From: Raja brachyura
Lineage: Eukaryota
DNA length: 64,000 nt
NCBI GenBank assembly: GCA_963514005.1
Contig: OY740797.1
Span: 15,128,001-15,192,000 of the forward strand
Direction of reading: 5' to 3'
Part shown: in pieces, positions 52,344 through 64,000 of the stretch
Position numbering within the stretch: the first letter of the stretch is position 1
How the letters are laid out: each line of letters starts with the position of its first letter
Notes under the pieces: model-generated
Seen by the model: only the letters and a program-made list of their open reading frames with translations
Database searches by the model: none
Told to the model about the DNA's origin: nothing
Made by a program: the position numbers and the translations under genes

Positions 52344-53012
52344 GCAGGTGCAGCAGGCAGTGAAGAAAGCAAATGGTATGTTAGCATTCATAGCGAAAGG
52401 ATTTGAGTATAGGAGCAGGGAGGTTCTACTGCAGTTGTACAGGGTTTTGGTGAGGCCACACCTGGAGTATTGTGTACAGTTTTGGTCTCCAAATCTGAGG
52501 AAAGACATCCTTGCCATAGAGGGGGTACAGAGAAGATTCACCAGACTGATTCCTGGGATGTCAGGACTTTCATATGAGGAAAGATTGGATAGACTCGGCT
52601 TGTACTCACTGGAATTTAGAAGATTGAGGGGGGATCTTATAGAAACTTACAAAATTCTTAAGGGGTTGGACAAGCTAGATGCAGGAAAATTGTTCCCGAT
52701 GTTGGGGGAGTCCAGAACAAGGGGTCACAGTCTAAGGATAAGGGGGAATTCCTTTAGGACCGAGATGAGGAAAACATTCTTTACACAGAGAGTGGTGAGT
52801 CTCTGGAATTCTCTGCCACAGAAGGTCGTTGAGGCCAGTTCATTGGCTATATTCAAGAGGGAGTTGGATGTGGCTAAAGGGATCAGGGAGTATGGAAAGA
52901 AGGCAGGTACGGGATAATGAGTTGGATGATCAGCCACGATCATATTGAATGGCGGTGCAGGCTCGAAGGGCCGAATGGCCTACTCCTGCACCCTATTTTT
53001 CTATGTTTCTAT
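52344..53012 (+). mobile_element. CR1 LINE 3' fragment
   Basis: Uninterrupted QVQQAVKKANG...LWNSLPQKVVEASSLAIFKRELD; near-identical to 28505-29246. Confidence 0.9.
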
Positions 53013-53815
53013 GCTGAAGCAGCTAGAAATGTCATTGTACCGTTACCAGTACATATAACAATTAAACACTCTTGACACTGATTGATGAAGCTGAACAGTT
53101 TTTTCAGCCAGAAGTGTCAAATGGATGTTCAAATGGATCTTGGTTTATTCAAGAGGTCCTTGCCAATACTGATGTCAGCCTTCAGCTAACTTGATTCATT
53201 CTACAGGATCTCAGGGCATGGCTGAGAACACGAGACACAACAAATGGCTATGATATCAGATAACATTCCATCTGCAGGTTTGAAGATGCAGGTTGCAGTA
53301 CTAACTGCACCCCCGTGAAATCTCTTTCAATCCTATAACAACATTGCCATCTACCTGACAATGTGGATGACGGGTGTGGTAAAAAACGGAACAAATCCAA
53401 TGTGGCCAGTTAAGGCTCATCAGTCTATTTTCAATCATCACAGGATCGCCACTATTGCCATTAAGTGACACTAACTCTTCAAATAACCTGCCCACAGGCC
53501 CATCCAACCTCAGCTGCTTCTTCAATGACCTTTCTTTCATTCACAAGTTATAGGAGCAGAATTAGGCCATTCGGCCCATCGAGTCAACTCTCCCAATCAA
53601 TCATGGCTGATCTCTGCCATCTAATCCCACTTGGTCATTCCATTTGGTAATGTTCGATGGTATTGCACAATTTCCAATTTAATTTGCAACTTCTCAGAAA
53701 ATGTAGTTTCCAGTACAATGGTGGTGATATGATTAAATTCAGAGATAGGCGATTAAACTCTCTGTACTTTGAGATGATGATTGTCTTACACTTGTAGTTA
53801 CATCACACTTATCAG

Positions 53816-54282
53816 CTCTTGCTATTGAGGGAGTGCAGCATATTTTCACAAGGTTAATTCCCAGGATGGCGGGACTGTCATATGCTGATATGCGGCTGGA
53901 TGAGAGGGGATCTTATTGAAATATATAAGATTAAGGGTTTGGACACGCTAGAGGCAGGAAACATGTTCCCGATGTTGTGGGAGTCCAGAACCAGGGGCCA
54001 CAGTTTAAGAATAAGGGGTAAGCCATTTAGAATGGAGATGAGGAAACACTTTTTCACACAGAGAGTTGTGAGTCTGTGGAATTCTCTACCTCAGAGGACG
54101 GTGGAGGCCAGTTCCCTGGATATTTTCAAGAGCAAGCTAGATAGGGCTCTTGAAGATAGCAGAGTCAGGGGATATGGGGAGAAGGCAGGGACGGGGTACT
54201 GATTGGGGATGATCAGCCGTGATCACATTGAATGGCAGTGCTGGCTCAAAGCACTCCTGACTCCTGCATCTATTGTATATTG
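53816..54282 (+). mobile_element. CR1 LINE 3' fragment
   Basis: MRGDLIEIYK...SRTRGHSLRIRG...FFTQRVVSLWNSLP. Confidence 0.85.
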
Positions 54283-54467
54283 TCATGCAGGCCACAACTG
54301 ATCAGAAACTTAAGTGACCCACTTTAGTAACATGAGCATGTCCATGGTTGGGTATTTTTATCCAGTAACTCATAGTCTGACCCTCTAAAATACTTCTGCC
54401 ATCCATAAATTAGTATAGGCAGTGCAATACACACTTGGATGAACAATGCTCCAAAATTCCCAACATA

Positions 54468-54760
54468 AGGGTGACACAGTGGTGCAGCAGTAGAGTTGCT
54501 GCCTTACAGCTACAGAGACGCAGGCTCAATTCTGACCTCGGGTGCCGTCTTTACGGAGCTTGTACGTTCTCCCAGTGACCACGTGGGTTTTCCCTGGTGC
54601 TCGTTTCCACCCACACCACAAACGTACAGGTCTGTAGGTTAATTGGCTTTGGGTAAAAATTGCTCCTAGCGTGTAGGATAGCGCCAGTGTACGGAGATCG
54701 CTGGTCAGCTCAGACTCGGTGGACCGAAGGGTCCGTTTCGGCACTGTACCTCTAAATCAA
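54468..54760 (+). mobile_element. V-SINE (HE1-like)
   Basis: tRNA head, V-domain, LINE-like tail. Confidence 0.8.
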
Positions 54761-56171
54761 GTTAAACTAATTCAAGCTCAACCTCACAGAATTTGAAATC
54801 CAGGTTGACTGGCACACAACTCGCACCCCAAATATTAAATGTGATGCAGAGCGTGCTTTCCACAAAATGCACACCAATTATACCAATTTCACTCCAGCAA
54901 CACCAATCAAACGCTGAGAAGGAGGAGGGTAACGGTGACATGAGAAAACCAGTCATCACACCGACTTGGAAATCATACATCACAGATCCTTCAACATCAC
55001 TCTCCATATCCTGGACCTCACGACTGCACAGCACTGTGCCCTCACTGCCTCCAACAATGTTCATTAAGGTTACACATCACTCCTTGGAGTCGTAATGCAC
55101 AAAAATGGCCCTTTGGCGCATCATGTTCATGCTGTCCTTCTCATAGGCAAGTACGATGAGCAATAAATGCAGGTTTTGTGAGGGTCATGAAATCAGATTA
55201 CATAAAAATGCTCGTAAGATTTTATGCTGATAGTGACAGGCAAGGTCATCAGTATGTAAAAATGCTTAAGATAAAATCTATAGAATGGATGATAAGAAGT
55301 TAATTTGACTTGAGGAATCAAAAAAAGGGAACATAATATTAAAATTAGAACTAGATTATTTTGGAGTAAAATTTGGAAGGAATTTTAAACCAAAAGGATA
55401 GTGAAATGTGGAATTCTGTCCTAAAAAGTTGATCGCTATGAGGCCAATTACTGAGGCCAATTAGAGAAAGAACATTGTTCAATAGGGGAATCCAAGGCTA
55501 CATTGCAAAGATGTGACAAAGATGTTGATTTGTACAAATGTTTCTCTGTCATATACACAATCAACAAATGTAAGTTTTTAAAGCAGTTTTACAGATAGAA
55601 ATTTCCAAAGGTCACACAAGACACTGAAGAGTTGCAGACGAAATATACCAGGACAATGACAAGCTGATGGGTTTCCATTATATGAAATGTCTACAGAAAC
55701 TGAGTTCCCCTTCACAGTCGAGAAATGTAATTGTAAATTCAACAGAAACTGGTATAAACTTTTCTCACAGGTAAAGGGTGGTAATCAAAGGTCATACAAT
55801 TAGTGGAGGAATAAAAAAAAAACAGGAGATGAAAGAAACTTTCCTTTACATCACGTGTGATTAGTAAATCTAGAACATGGTTCTCAAAAGGAAGGCAGGA
55901 TCTGTGTCAATAGTGATATTCGAGAGACTATGAGTAAAAGGGAGAGAATGAAACTAGTTAGGAAGCTGTTTCTTAATATCCTATTGAAAATAAATTTACG
56001 AGCACCATTAATCGCAGAAGGAATGAAGTCACTGCGAGCATAGGAGTACGTTGAAATCTTAAACACGGTGTTGAACAACCAAATGAGGAAAGAAGATAGA
56101 AAAGCAACTTAGAACCTCATTTCAAACCAGCTGAAAGGAACTCGGTAAATAATTTCTAGTTATGTACTTAC

Positions 56172-56363
56172 ACAGTTGTGCACTTTGGGCAGATGATTTC
56201 AGAAGCAGTTTTAGCTCATAAAGAACCAATGCCACGTGCATTGCGTGACAACGCAGTCGGTCCATGCGGAAGAGGAAAGCAATGGCTGCTTCAAATTGGG
56301 CGGTAAGGAAAAGCACTTGGAAGTATAGGTAAGGATGTTGATTGGCTGCAAAGTGTGACTCAC
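56172..56363 (-). CDS. NUP93: NUP93 exon 13
   Basis: [63 protein letters not shown]; CAG/GTAAGT; 192 nt. Confidence 0.96.
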
Positions 56364-56599
56364 CTGAGGAGAGAGAAAAATAAGATACATGGTAATAATG
56401 AAGAACTTGATTCATTGTGACTCATTCTTTATGGGTCATCAGTTTACAAAACATTCAACACAAAGTGGTTCAGAAGTTGCAGGATGACAATCAAAAAGCA
56501 AGAACAACTGCTGATTTTGGAAATCTGAAATAAACAAAGAAAATGTTAGGAATCTAGATCAAAGTGTATTTATGGACACTCAAATAGACCCAATCCGTG

Positions 56600-57048
56600 C
56601 ATATCTTTTTGTTTTGGACTATGTGGAACAGCCTTTACTTCAGTCCTACTTCAGCGCATTCCTTCAATTCTTTTACCGGTACATTGATGATTGCATTGGA
56701 GCTGCCTGATGAAAGTTCATGCAGAACTCAACTTCCATTCATTTTGCTGCCTCCTTTACCCTGCTTTCACCTTCACTTGGCCAAACTCCGATTCTTCTTT
56801 TCCTATCCTGGATCTCTCTGTCTCCCTCTCAGGAGATAGACTCGCTACTAACATCCCTTGCAAGCACACTGACATCCACACAATCTTGGCCGCTGTTTAT
56901 CCCACCCCGACTCCTTCAAGAACCCTATTCCATTCTCCTCGATCCTCCTTTTCTGTCGTATTTTCTCTTAGAATGTCTCTGATTAGACATTCTGTACAGG
57001 TGCCTCCGAAATGTACTCTGCCTTTCTCAACCATGGCTTCCCATCTCA
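56600..57048 (+). mobile_element. Penelope-like element RT fragment
   Basis: FYRYIDDCIGAA catalytic RT motif at ~56671-56706, then degenerate RT and thumb remnants. Confidence 0.75.
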
Positions 57049-57049
57049 C

Positions 57050-57365
57050 TTAGAAGGACTGCTGGGGTCCCTGGGTGGATGTGAGGGAGATGTAATGACA
57101 TGTGTCATATGTCCTACAGTTGCAGGGGAAAGTACCTGGGGAGGGGGTGGAATGGGATGAGTGAACCAACGAGTTGCAGAGGGAGCAGTCTTTGCGGAAG
57201 GAGGAAAACGGGTGAAGATGGGAAGATGCGACTGGTGGTGGGGTCACATGGAAGGTGGCAGAAATGTCCAAGAATTATGTGTTGGGTGCAGAGTTTGGTG
57301 GGGTGAAAGGTAAGGACTAAGGGAACTCTATCTTTGTTCTGTCTGGGGGAAAGGGGTGCAGAGGC
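57050..57365 (-). mobile_element. Penelope-like element linker fragment, inverted relative to the RT piece
   Basis: NKDRVPLVLTFHP...PGTFPCNCRTYDTC...QGPQQSF, the same region as at 33290-33500. Confidence 0.78.
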
Positions 57366-57494
57366 TGGTAGGGTAAAAGGCAAGAACCCGTGGAACGTTA
57401 ACCTTGTTATATCTGGTGTAACAAGAGATTTACTATATTTTATTATGGCAATCCACCAAACGGCCTCCAAATGAACTCAATGACAGGCACTCTG

Positions 57495-58040
57495 AGGGTA
57501 CTAAAAGCATTGATGTAGGGAGGAATCTTGGGGTCCAAGTCCGTAGGTCCTTGAAAGTGACAACATGAGTGTATAGAATTGTAAAGGCATCTGGTAAGCA
57601 AACCTTCATCAGTCGGGGCATTGAGTATAAAGTTATGTTGAAGTTTTGTATAGGACTGTAGACCACATTTGAGATATTATCTGAAGTTATCTTTGGCCTA
57701 ATATAGGAAGAATGTGGAAGTTGTGATCAGGATGCAGAATAGGTTTGCCAGATTGTTGCAGGGATTAGGGGCTATTAACTACAAAGAGAGATTGTACAAA
57801 CTTGGATTGTTTTCAAGTTTGAGTTTTAAGATGGAGATAGGTATATAAAATTGTGAGAAAGGCATAAAGTAGACAGTCAGAACTTTTTTCCCAGTGTGGA
57901 AATGTCAAAGACAGGAAGGCATAGCTTTAAAGTGAGAGGGACAATGTTTAAAGGAAATGGAGTTAAAGGCAAGTTGTTTTTTTGCATAGAATGGTGGGTG
58001 CCTGGAACTCACTGCCAGGAGTGCTAGTGAAGGCAAACGT
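57495..58040 (+). mobile_element. Old degenerate CR1 LINE fragment
   Basis: Remnant RNLGVQV, FISRGIEY and KTGRHSFKVRG motifs. Confidence 0.65.
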
Positions 58041-58041
58041 G

Positions 58042-58572
58042 ATAGAAACATAGAAAATAGGTGCAGCAGTAGGCCATTCGGCCCTTCAAGCCTGCACCGC
58101 CATTCAATATGATCATGGCTGATCATCCAACTCAATATCCTGTACCTGCCTTCTCTCCATACCCCCTGATCCCTTTAGCCACAAGGGCCACATCTAACTC
58201 CCTCTTAAATATAGCCAATGAACTGGCCTCAACTACCTTCTGTGGCAGAGAGTTCCACAGATTCACCACTCTCTGTGTGAAAAATTATTTTCTCATCTCG
58301 GTATTAAAAGACTTCCCCCTTATCCTTAAACTGTGACCCCTTGTTCTGGACTTCCCCAACATCGGGAACAATCTTCCTGCATCTAGCCTGTCCAACCCCT
58401 TAAGCATTTTGTAAGTCTCTATAAGATCCCCCCTCAATCTTCTAAATTGCAGCAAGTACAAGTCGAGTCTACCCAGTCTTTCTTCATATGGAAGTCCTGC
58501 CATCCCAGGAATCAGTCCGGTGAACCTTCTCTGTACTCCCTCTATAGCAAGAATGTCTTTCCTCAGATTAGG
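58042..58572 (-). mobile_element. CR1 LINE 3' fragment
   Basis: LRKDILAIEGVQRRFT...RTRGHSLRIRG and 3' UTR. Confidence 0.88.
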
Positions 58573-58815
58573 TGATAGTGGCATTTACGAGGCTTTTGAG
58601 TAGGCTCATGGTAATGCTGGGAATTTGAGGATGGAGATCACATGCAGGCAGAACAGATCAACTTGGCATTGTGTTTAATTGGGACATTTTGGGCCAAAGG
58701 GCCTGTTCCTCTGTCGTACTATTACATAAACCAGAGCACCAAAAAATGCAACAGTTTAAATACACAAATTATGGCTGTGACATACTGGCAGAAGGACAGG
58801 CCTATCATAACTTAC

Positions 58816-58909
58816 CATACTCCTCCAACAGTTGGCTCTGCAATTGAGGAAGGGTTTGCTTGTCCTGAGGTGAACTGTTGCCGTCATCATCAAAACACAC
58901 TTGGTTCAG
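58816..58909 (-). CDS. NUP93: NUP93 exon 12
   Basis: [31 protein letters not shown]; CAG/GTAAGT; 94 nt. Confidence 0.95.
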
Positions 58910-58963
58910 CTGAAGAAAGAACAATGACACATTTAGAACACCATACATTGTTGCTGTATGAAA

Positions 58964-59290
58964 TGCTCCTGATAACTATCGGCAAAAGCCAGGATGATCC
59001 AGTGGAGACCAGTTGTTAAAGAAGGGTCTCGACCCGAAACGTCGCCTATCTCCTTCGCTCCTTAGATGCTGCTGCACCCGCTGAGTTTCTCCAGCTTTTT
59101 GTGTAACCCCAGTGGAGACCAGTATTGGCTTGAAACCAGGATGATCCAGTATAGACCAGTATTGGCTTGGGGTGATATATTTTGTGTAACTGCAATGATG
59201 TGAAAATACAGTGGAGCTCAGTTAAAAGATGTGTTTGTGTATTTTAGAATTGAGGAGGTTAACATTTCAGGGTGTTTATTCTTCTTAAAT
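58964..59290. repeat. Inverted-repeat copy A (pairs with 60356-60551), interrupted by a PLE fragment at 59014-59108
   Basis: Reverse complement of 60356-60551; the insert is flanked by a perfect 15-nt TSD CCAGTGGAGACCAGT (58999-59013, 59109-59123). Confidence 0.85.
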
Positions 59291-59542
59291 TGCTATTTCA
59301 TTCTTATTGTTCATTCTTGAAGTCTGTGTTAAATACCTTATGTTAAATTGCCTAGTTTCTGATCACAGGATTATGACTGCCCAGGTTCACAGAGTTGTCA
59401 AGTCCATGTACGCAGCACAAAAACAGTTTTTCTTGTGTCTATACAAAAGCAGCCTTTACTTCTGTATGCTGGAAATAGCTTAAAGGCACCAAGTGTATTT
59501 TAACACATTGTAATATCCGTTGTGTTCAAAATTCATCTTTTA

Positions 59543-59667
59543 CTGAAGGATCTTGACCCGAAACGTTGCCTATTCCTTCTCTCCATAGATGCTGCCTCAT
59601 TCGTTGAGTTTATCCAGCATTTTTTGTCTACCTTCGATTTTTACAGCATCTGCAGTTCTTTCTTAAA
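59543..59667 (+). mobile_element. Penelope-like pLTR fragment with decayed HHR
   Basis: CTGAAGGATCTTGACCCGAAACGTT followed by the family 3' sequence. Confidence 0.65.
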
Positions 59668-60151
59668 CTATTTTAACTTTCCGTTTATAGGAGGGATAGG
59701 TAATTCTTGCCATTTCTACCATTCAACAAGCGTGTCTAAAACAGTTTATTTTTAAAACTCTGTAAAGATAAACTGGCAGTCCAGAGCTGGTGGTTTTCAC
59801 AATAAACATTTACTTGCTTGGCCTTTTGAATGATAATTGATGTAACCCTATTGTATGTTGCCGTATGGAGCAATACATTCATTTAATTTGTCACTGGCAA
59901 ATTCAAAGAAAAAACAATTTGACTACAATGGGGACGTACAAAAATTTGCATTTGAATTCCGATTAACTAGTACTTCAAGCAAGCTATTATAAAAATGGCA
60001 ACGGCATATATCCAAAGATTTTTAACTGTCAATTAGCCATGGATCGTGTTTAAAGACCTTGAGAAAGAATTCAATACTCAGATGGGAAACGTGAGATTTC
60101 TAACATCCTTTTAGCCATAAGGTGGGGAAATAATTCAATGAACACACATAC

Positions 60152-60317
60152 TTTTAACCAGAGATAGTCATCTGTCTTATCAGCAATTTCACTATGGTTG
60201 TCAGTTACATCACATCGACCAATGAGGCAATAGACAGCTCTCTTGTAAGGGTCTGTGCTGTTGCGTAATGCTCGGCGGTAATGTAGGCGAAGTTTGTTCT
60301 CTGTAGTAGGAGGTAAC
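60152..60317 (-). CDS. NUP93: NUP93 exon 11
   Basis: [55 protein letters not shown]; CAG/GTATGT; 166 nt. Confidence 0.96.
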
Positions 60318-60355
60318 CTGGGGAAAAGCCAAAATGCAAAGTAATCACTATGAGG

Positions 60356-60551
60356 ATTTAACAAGAATAAACACACTGAAATGTTAACCTCCTCAATTCT
60401 ATTCAAAAATACACAAAAACGTTTTTTAACTGAGCTCCACTGAATTTTCACACCTTTCAATCGGTTGCAGTTACACAAAATATATCACTCCAAGCCAATA
60501 CTGGTCTATACTGGATCATCCTGGCTTTTGCCGATAGCTTAATCAGGAGCA
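60356..60551. repeat. Inverted-repeat copy B
   Basis: Reverse complement of 58964-59290 without its insertion and internal duplication. Confidence 0.85.
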
Positions 60552-60857
60552 CATGCAGGGAATTGTTTGCAAGGAAATTTGCAAATTTGTTCCTATTTTG
60601 AACAAATTATTATTTTTTTAAATTTGACAAGCAACCATTCACTCTTAAAAATTGAGATTTGCAGTTATGCAGGACCTGATCACATACTCATAACATCTCA
60701 ATCAGTGGAGTGTTTTCATTTTGAGGATAAATATAGTTTTTCAATTTACACACTTAAAACATACTTTAGACCAGCTCTTCCTTCTCGTTCTGCAAAAATC
60801 ACAACGTCTCATGCCTTAATAACACTTAAAGAATTTAAAATGTAACATATCATTTAC

Positions 60858-61015
60858 CTCCTATCATCTCCTTGAACATACTCCATGAACCAATTGTGAA
60901 ATTCTCCCAACTGGTGTTGAGCGCGATTCACCACCTGCATTGCTGCCATTAAATCTCCACAACGCAAGCAATAGTAGATGAGAGCCCAGACTGGCTGACC
61001 TTCAATCTCACCGTC
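60858..61015 (-). CDS. NUP93: NUP93 exon 10
   Basis: [52 protein letters not shown]; CAG/GTAAAT; 158 nt. Confidence 0.96.
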
Positions 61016-61079
61016 CTGGAAAATCAAAGAGAATTTTGAAAAAACATTACTGTTTTGACACTGTACTCACTACAATCTC

Positions 61080-61272
61080 GTATAGGAAAGAACTGCAGTT
61101 GCTGGGTTAAATCGAAGGTAGACACAAAATGCTGGAGTAACTCAGCGGGACAGGCAGTATCTCTGGAGAGAAGGAATGGGTCTGAAGAAGGGTCTCGATC
61201 CAAAACGTCACCCATTCCTTCTCTCCAGATATGTTACCTGCCCCGCTGAGTTACTCCAGCATTTTGTGTCTA
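61080..61272 (+). mobile_element. Fold-back Penelope-like mini-element centred on an HHR core
   Basis: 63-nt inverted arms 61119-61181 / 61210-61272 (58/63 complementary) around CTGAAGA-AGGGTCTCGATCC-AAAAC-GTC; TSD-like TCACT(A/G)CAATCT at 61067-61078 and 61276-61287. Confidence 0.78.
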
Positions 61273-62222
61273 ACTTCACTGCAATCTTTGTTCATGTTAA
61301 TAATATAGTTAGGATGGTTTTTATTAAATCCTTTATGGCACTGCCAATCTTCAGGATTTTAAGTTAATTTGAAAATTTAGCTCATTCATTCCAATTAATA
61401 TTGGTTCGCAATAGGGGCATATTCCCATGACAGATTATTATATTGCCAGTTACACTCAATGCATGAAGTAATGTGAAGCAGCTTGGCAGCTCTTGTACCC
61501 AGCCATCACTGGACATCCAGATAATTCAAATATGAATAAGCACAAAATATATGGTTTGAAGACGTCTACACAATGGTAATCCAATTTAGGTGCTTTCAAG
61601 CGTATATACCTTCTGCTCGACAGGAGAGGGGAGAAGAAGGAAAGCGATCCCTGATTATGTCAGCAGCGTAAAGTATAGATAGAGTCAATTGGGGGACAGC
61701 TGGTTTGGGCGATGGACTCAGCTACATTCACAACTTTCTTGTGGGCAGTGCTGTTGCCAAACCAAGCTGCGATTGCTATATTAAACTAGAAGTCCATGAA
61801 TCTACAAGTCCATATGAATATAGAAGTGGCAATAACAATCACACTCAAATTATTCATGGCACTTCCACCAGTAATTGCATTTTTCAGGAACTACTTCTTC
61901 CCAACAATCAACATCAGGCCAATAAAACGCTATGAACTCCAATTGAAATCTAAACTACGAACTGTCTTAGTTGTACCAGGTGACTTGGGCTTTGTAAAAC
62001 ACTCTTGACCCTGGAGCTTCAAAATGCTTACAATTGGGGCTTAAGAAAGGGGCAATTATTTCAAGGACCGAGTTTTGTTCCTGTTTGAGACCAACCAAAG
62101 CGTTAGCAGTAGGAAAAAGTGGGAGCCATAGCAGGAATTGAAAAGCCAAGTTTGTTTTCATTTATTTTAGTATTGAACAAAAGGTAGATATACTTTCCAA
62201 TATTCCAAGTGTAAATTAATAC

Positions 62223-62355
62223 CTGTAGTCCTTGCATCGGTGCTGACAGCTTAACATTCAGAAAGCTACGGACCAGTTGATAAGTCCCAGGTATACCACC
62301 AAGTTGAGCCTGCTGTAGGTTTCCATAGACTGTCGCCATTACGTAATTTTTGTAA
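62223..62355 (-). CDS. NUP93: NUP93 exon 9
   Basis: [44 protein letters not shown]; AAG/GTATTA; 133 nt. Confidence 0.94.
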
Positions 62356-62704
62356 CTTTGAATGAGAAATGTACTGTAACTTAATTGGCATCTCTTACAC
62401 ATAGCCTCAAGCAAACATTTATTAAATTCAGTTTCCCAAGCAAATAACCATCCCTATGACAGTTCATGTCCATACATTCTAGAAGCAGAATTAGGCCATT
62501 TGGCTCATCAAGTCTACTCCATCATTCAATCATTATTGATCTATCTTTCCCTCTGAACTCCATTCTTTCGCCCCATAACCCCTGACACCTGCACTAATCA
62601 ACCAGTTCTGAAGGCCATCAGCATTATTTTGGATTGTTCAGTTCTTAAGCTGCCAAGCAAGTATCAACACAATACCAATCATTCTTCAATAGGGCACCTC
62701 TCAC

Positions 62705-62844
62705 CTCTGCTCCAAGAAACACAAGGCTTGTTTCACAAATGCCATCTGCATCTCCAAACTGGTACGGTTCTTCAGTGTCTCTGTGCCAAGTACCAGCGGA
62801 ACATCAGTCATCTGCTTCACCATCGCCCACAATTCAGAGACATT
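62705..62844 (-). CDS. NUP93: NUP93 exon 8
   Basis: [46 protein letters not shown]; TAG/GTGAGA; 140 nt. Confidence 0.94.
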
Positions 62845-63844
62845 CTACAAGAAATAGAACAACCAATAAGTAAATTCAGTTATATCGCAAATAATGCCCT
62901 TGAAAAATGATGGCTACTTCCCCCCCCTGGAATCCTTTCATAAAAACAGCAGTACCATGCACTGAATTCCACAGACCCAAAATTAAGGTTATTTTCTTCC
63001 AAATCCAAGTCTGTGCAATATTGTGCTACTGCATTCACAAATGAATTAACAAGCAGACAAAAGTGTCGCTTCCTTTTCACCCTAATAATTACAAATTATT
63101 TTTTTCAATTACTTTTAGCTCATTTCCACCACATTAGACATTATTTATCAGCCATACGTTTTTACTCCATTAAGGGAGATTAGAAACTATCTTCCAACGA
63201 ACTACGAATAGCAGCTGGAGAAGGGATAGTACTCATCGCCAATTGGCACATTTAAACAAAACTAAACAACCCAGATGATACGCAAACTGCCAATTGGATG
63301 CATATCCATTGACAACCAAAATGCAAACTAACACTTCAATTACCAATTCAGCAATGCAAAGATATAGTTTAACTTGAAAACTATAACTGTTGGCCAAATA
63401 AAAATCTATCAATGATTCACAATTTAAATAAATGGAACGATTGGTGGTAAATTGTCACATTGACAACTCATTCTAAGTGTTTTAGTTCTCAGGCTGGTAC
63501 AGAGGGAAAGCAGGGGGCTCACTACAAAAGTGAAGTTGAACCCTATGCATACAAATTCACACTACATGCAACGCAGTGCAATTAAAATATGCATTTCCTT
63601 AGCATTTTAAAGATTTTTTTTGTATCAAGGAAACTGATCGTTTTCTATCAAAGCCTACAGAATGATTATACATTACCACAAAACGGTCATGGAAAAACTA
63701 TACTTTGAAGTTATTGGCATTCACGTGAAAATATTTGATTATGCTTTGCAATAAGGACAATTTAATATCAACAGTTCCTGCAATGTTTGATAAAGCCTCT
63801 TAAAATAAATGAATGGAATAGTTAAGATTTTCATGTCTTTGTAC

Positions 63845-63937
63845 CTTGTCATCCAAAGACTCAGCTACATTACTGCAAAGATCTCCTAGGTTTGGTTGAA
63901 GTTGCTCATTCACGACCTTTTCATTATAAATATAAAT
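63845..63937 (-). CDS. NUP93: NUP93 exon 7 (gene enters from beyond the right edge)
   Basis: [31 protein letters not shown]; CAG/GTACAA; 93 nt. Confidence 0.93.
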
Positions 63938-64000
63938 CTGTAATAAGCAAAAAAATATTATATCAAATATCACTTAAGGGTTGAGAGCTTCATTTGGAAA

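Noticed and set aside
52264-52917. Longest ORF in the track (217 aa)
   Set aside because: 5'-truncated CR1 ORF2 C-terminus, not a host gene

Overview
Eukaryotic genomic DNA from a cartilaginous fish, most likely a skate or ray; this is inferred from HE1/V-SINE and HER1/CR1-type repeats and cannot be proven from the sequence. The window holds two spliced minus-strand genes reconstructed by hand. SLC12A3 (NCC, thiazide-sensitive NaCl cotransporter) has coding exons 1-18 at 34331->715 and runs off the left edge. NUP93 has coding exons 7-22 at 63937->40309 and enters from the right edge. A miR-138-2 hairpin lies between them, giving the NUP93-miR138-2-SLC12A3 order known from human 16q13. The introns are packed with CR1 LINE fragments, tRNA-derived V-SINEs, Rex1/Babar fragments, Harbinger-like MITEs and Penelope-like elements (PLEs) carrying minimal hammerhead ribozyme (HHR) motifs. 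The most notable observations are: (1) TSD-bounded fold-back PLE mini-elements whose inverted arm begins at the predicted HHR cleavage site and builds a long stem I; (2) two sense-strand HHR cores in SLC12A3 intron 1; (3) a ~190-nt inverted duplication bracketing NUP93 exon 11; (4) putative splice sites that would make pre-miR-138-2 exonic; (5) a GC-AG intron in SLC12A3. Exon coordinates were read from splice sites, exon numbers follow the human genes, and repeat boundaries are approximate.
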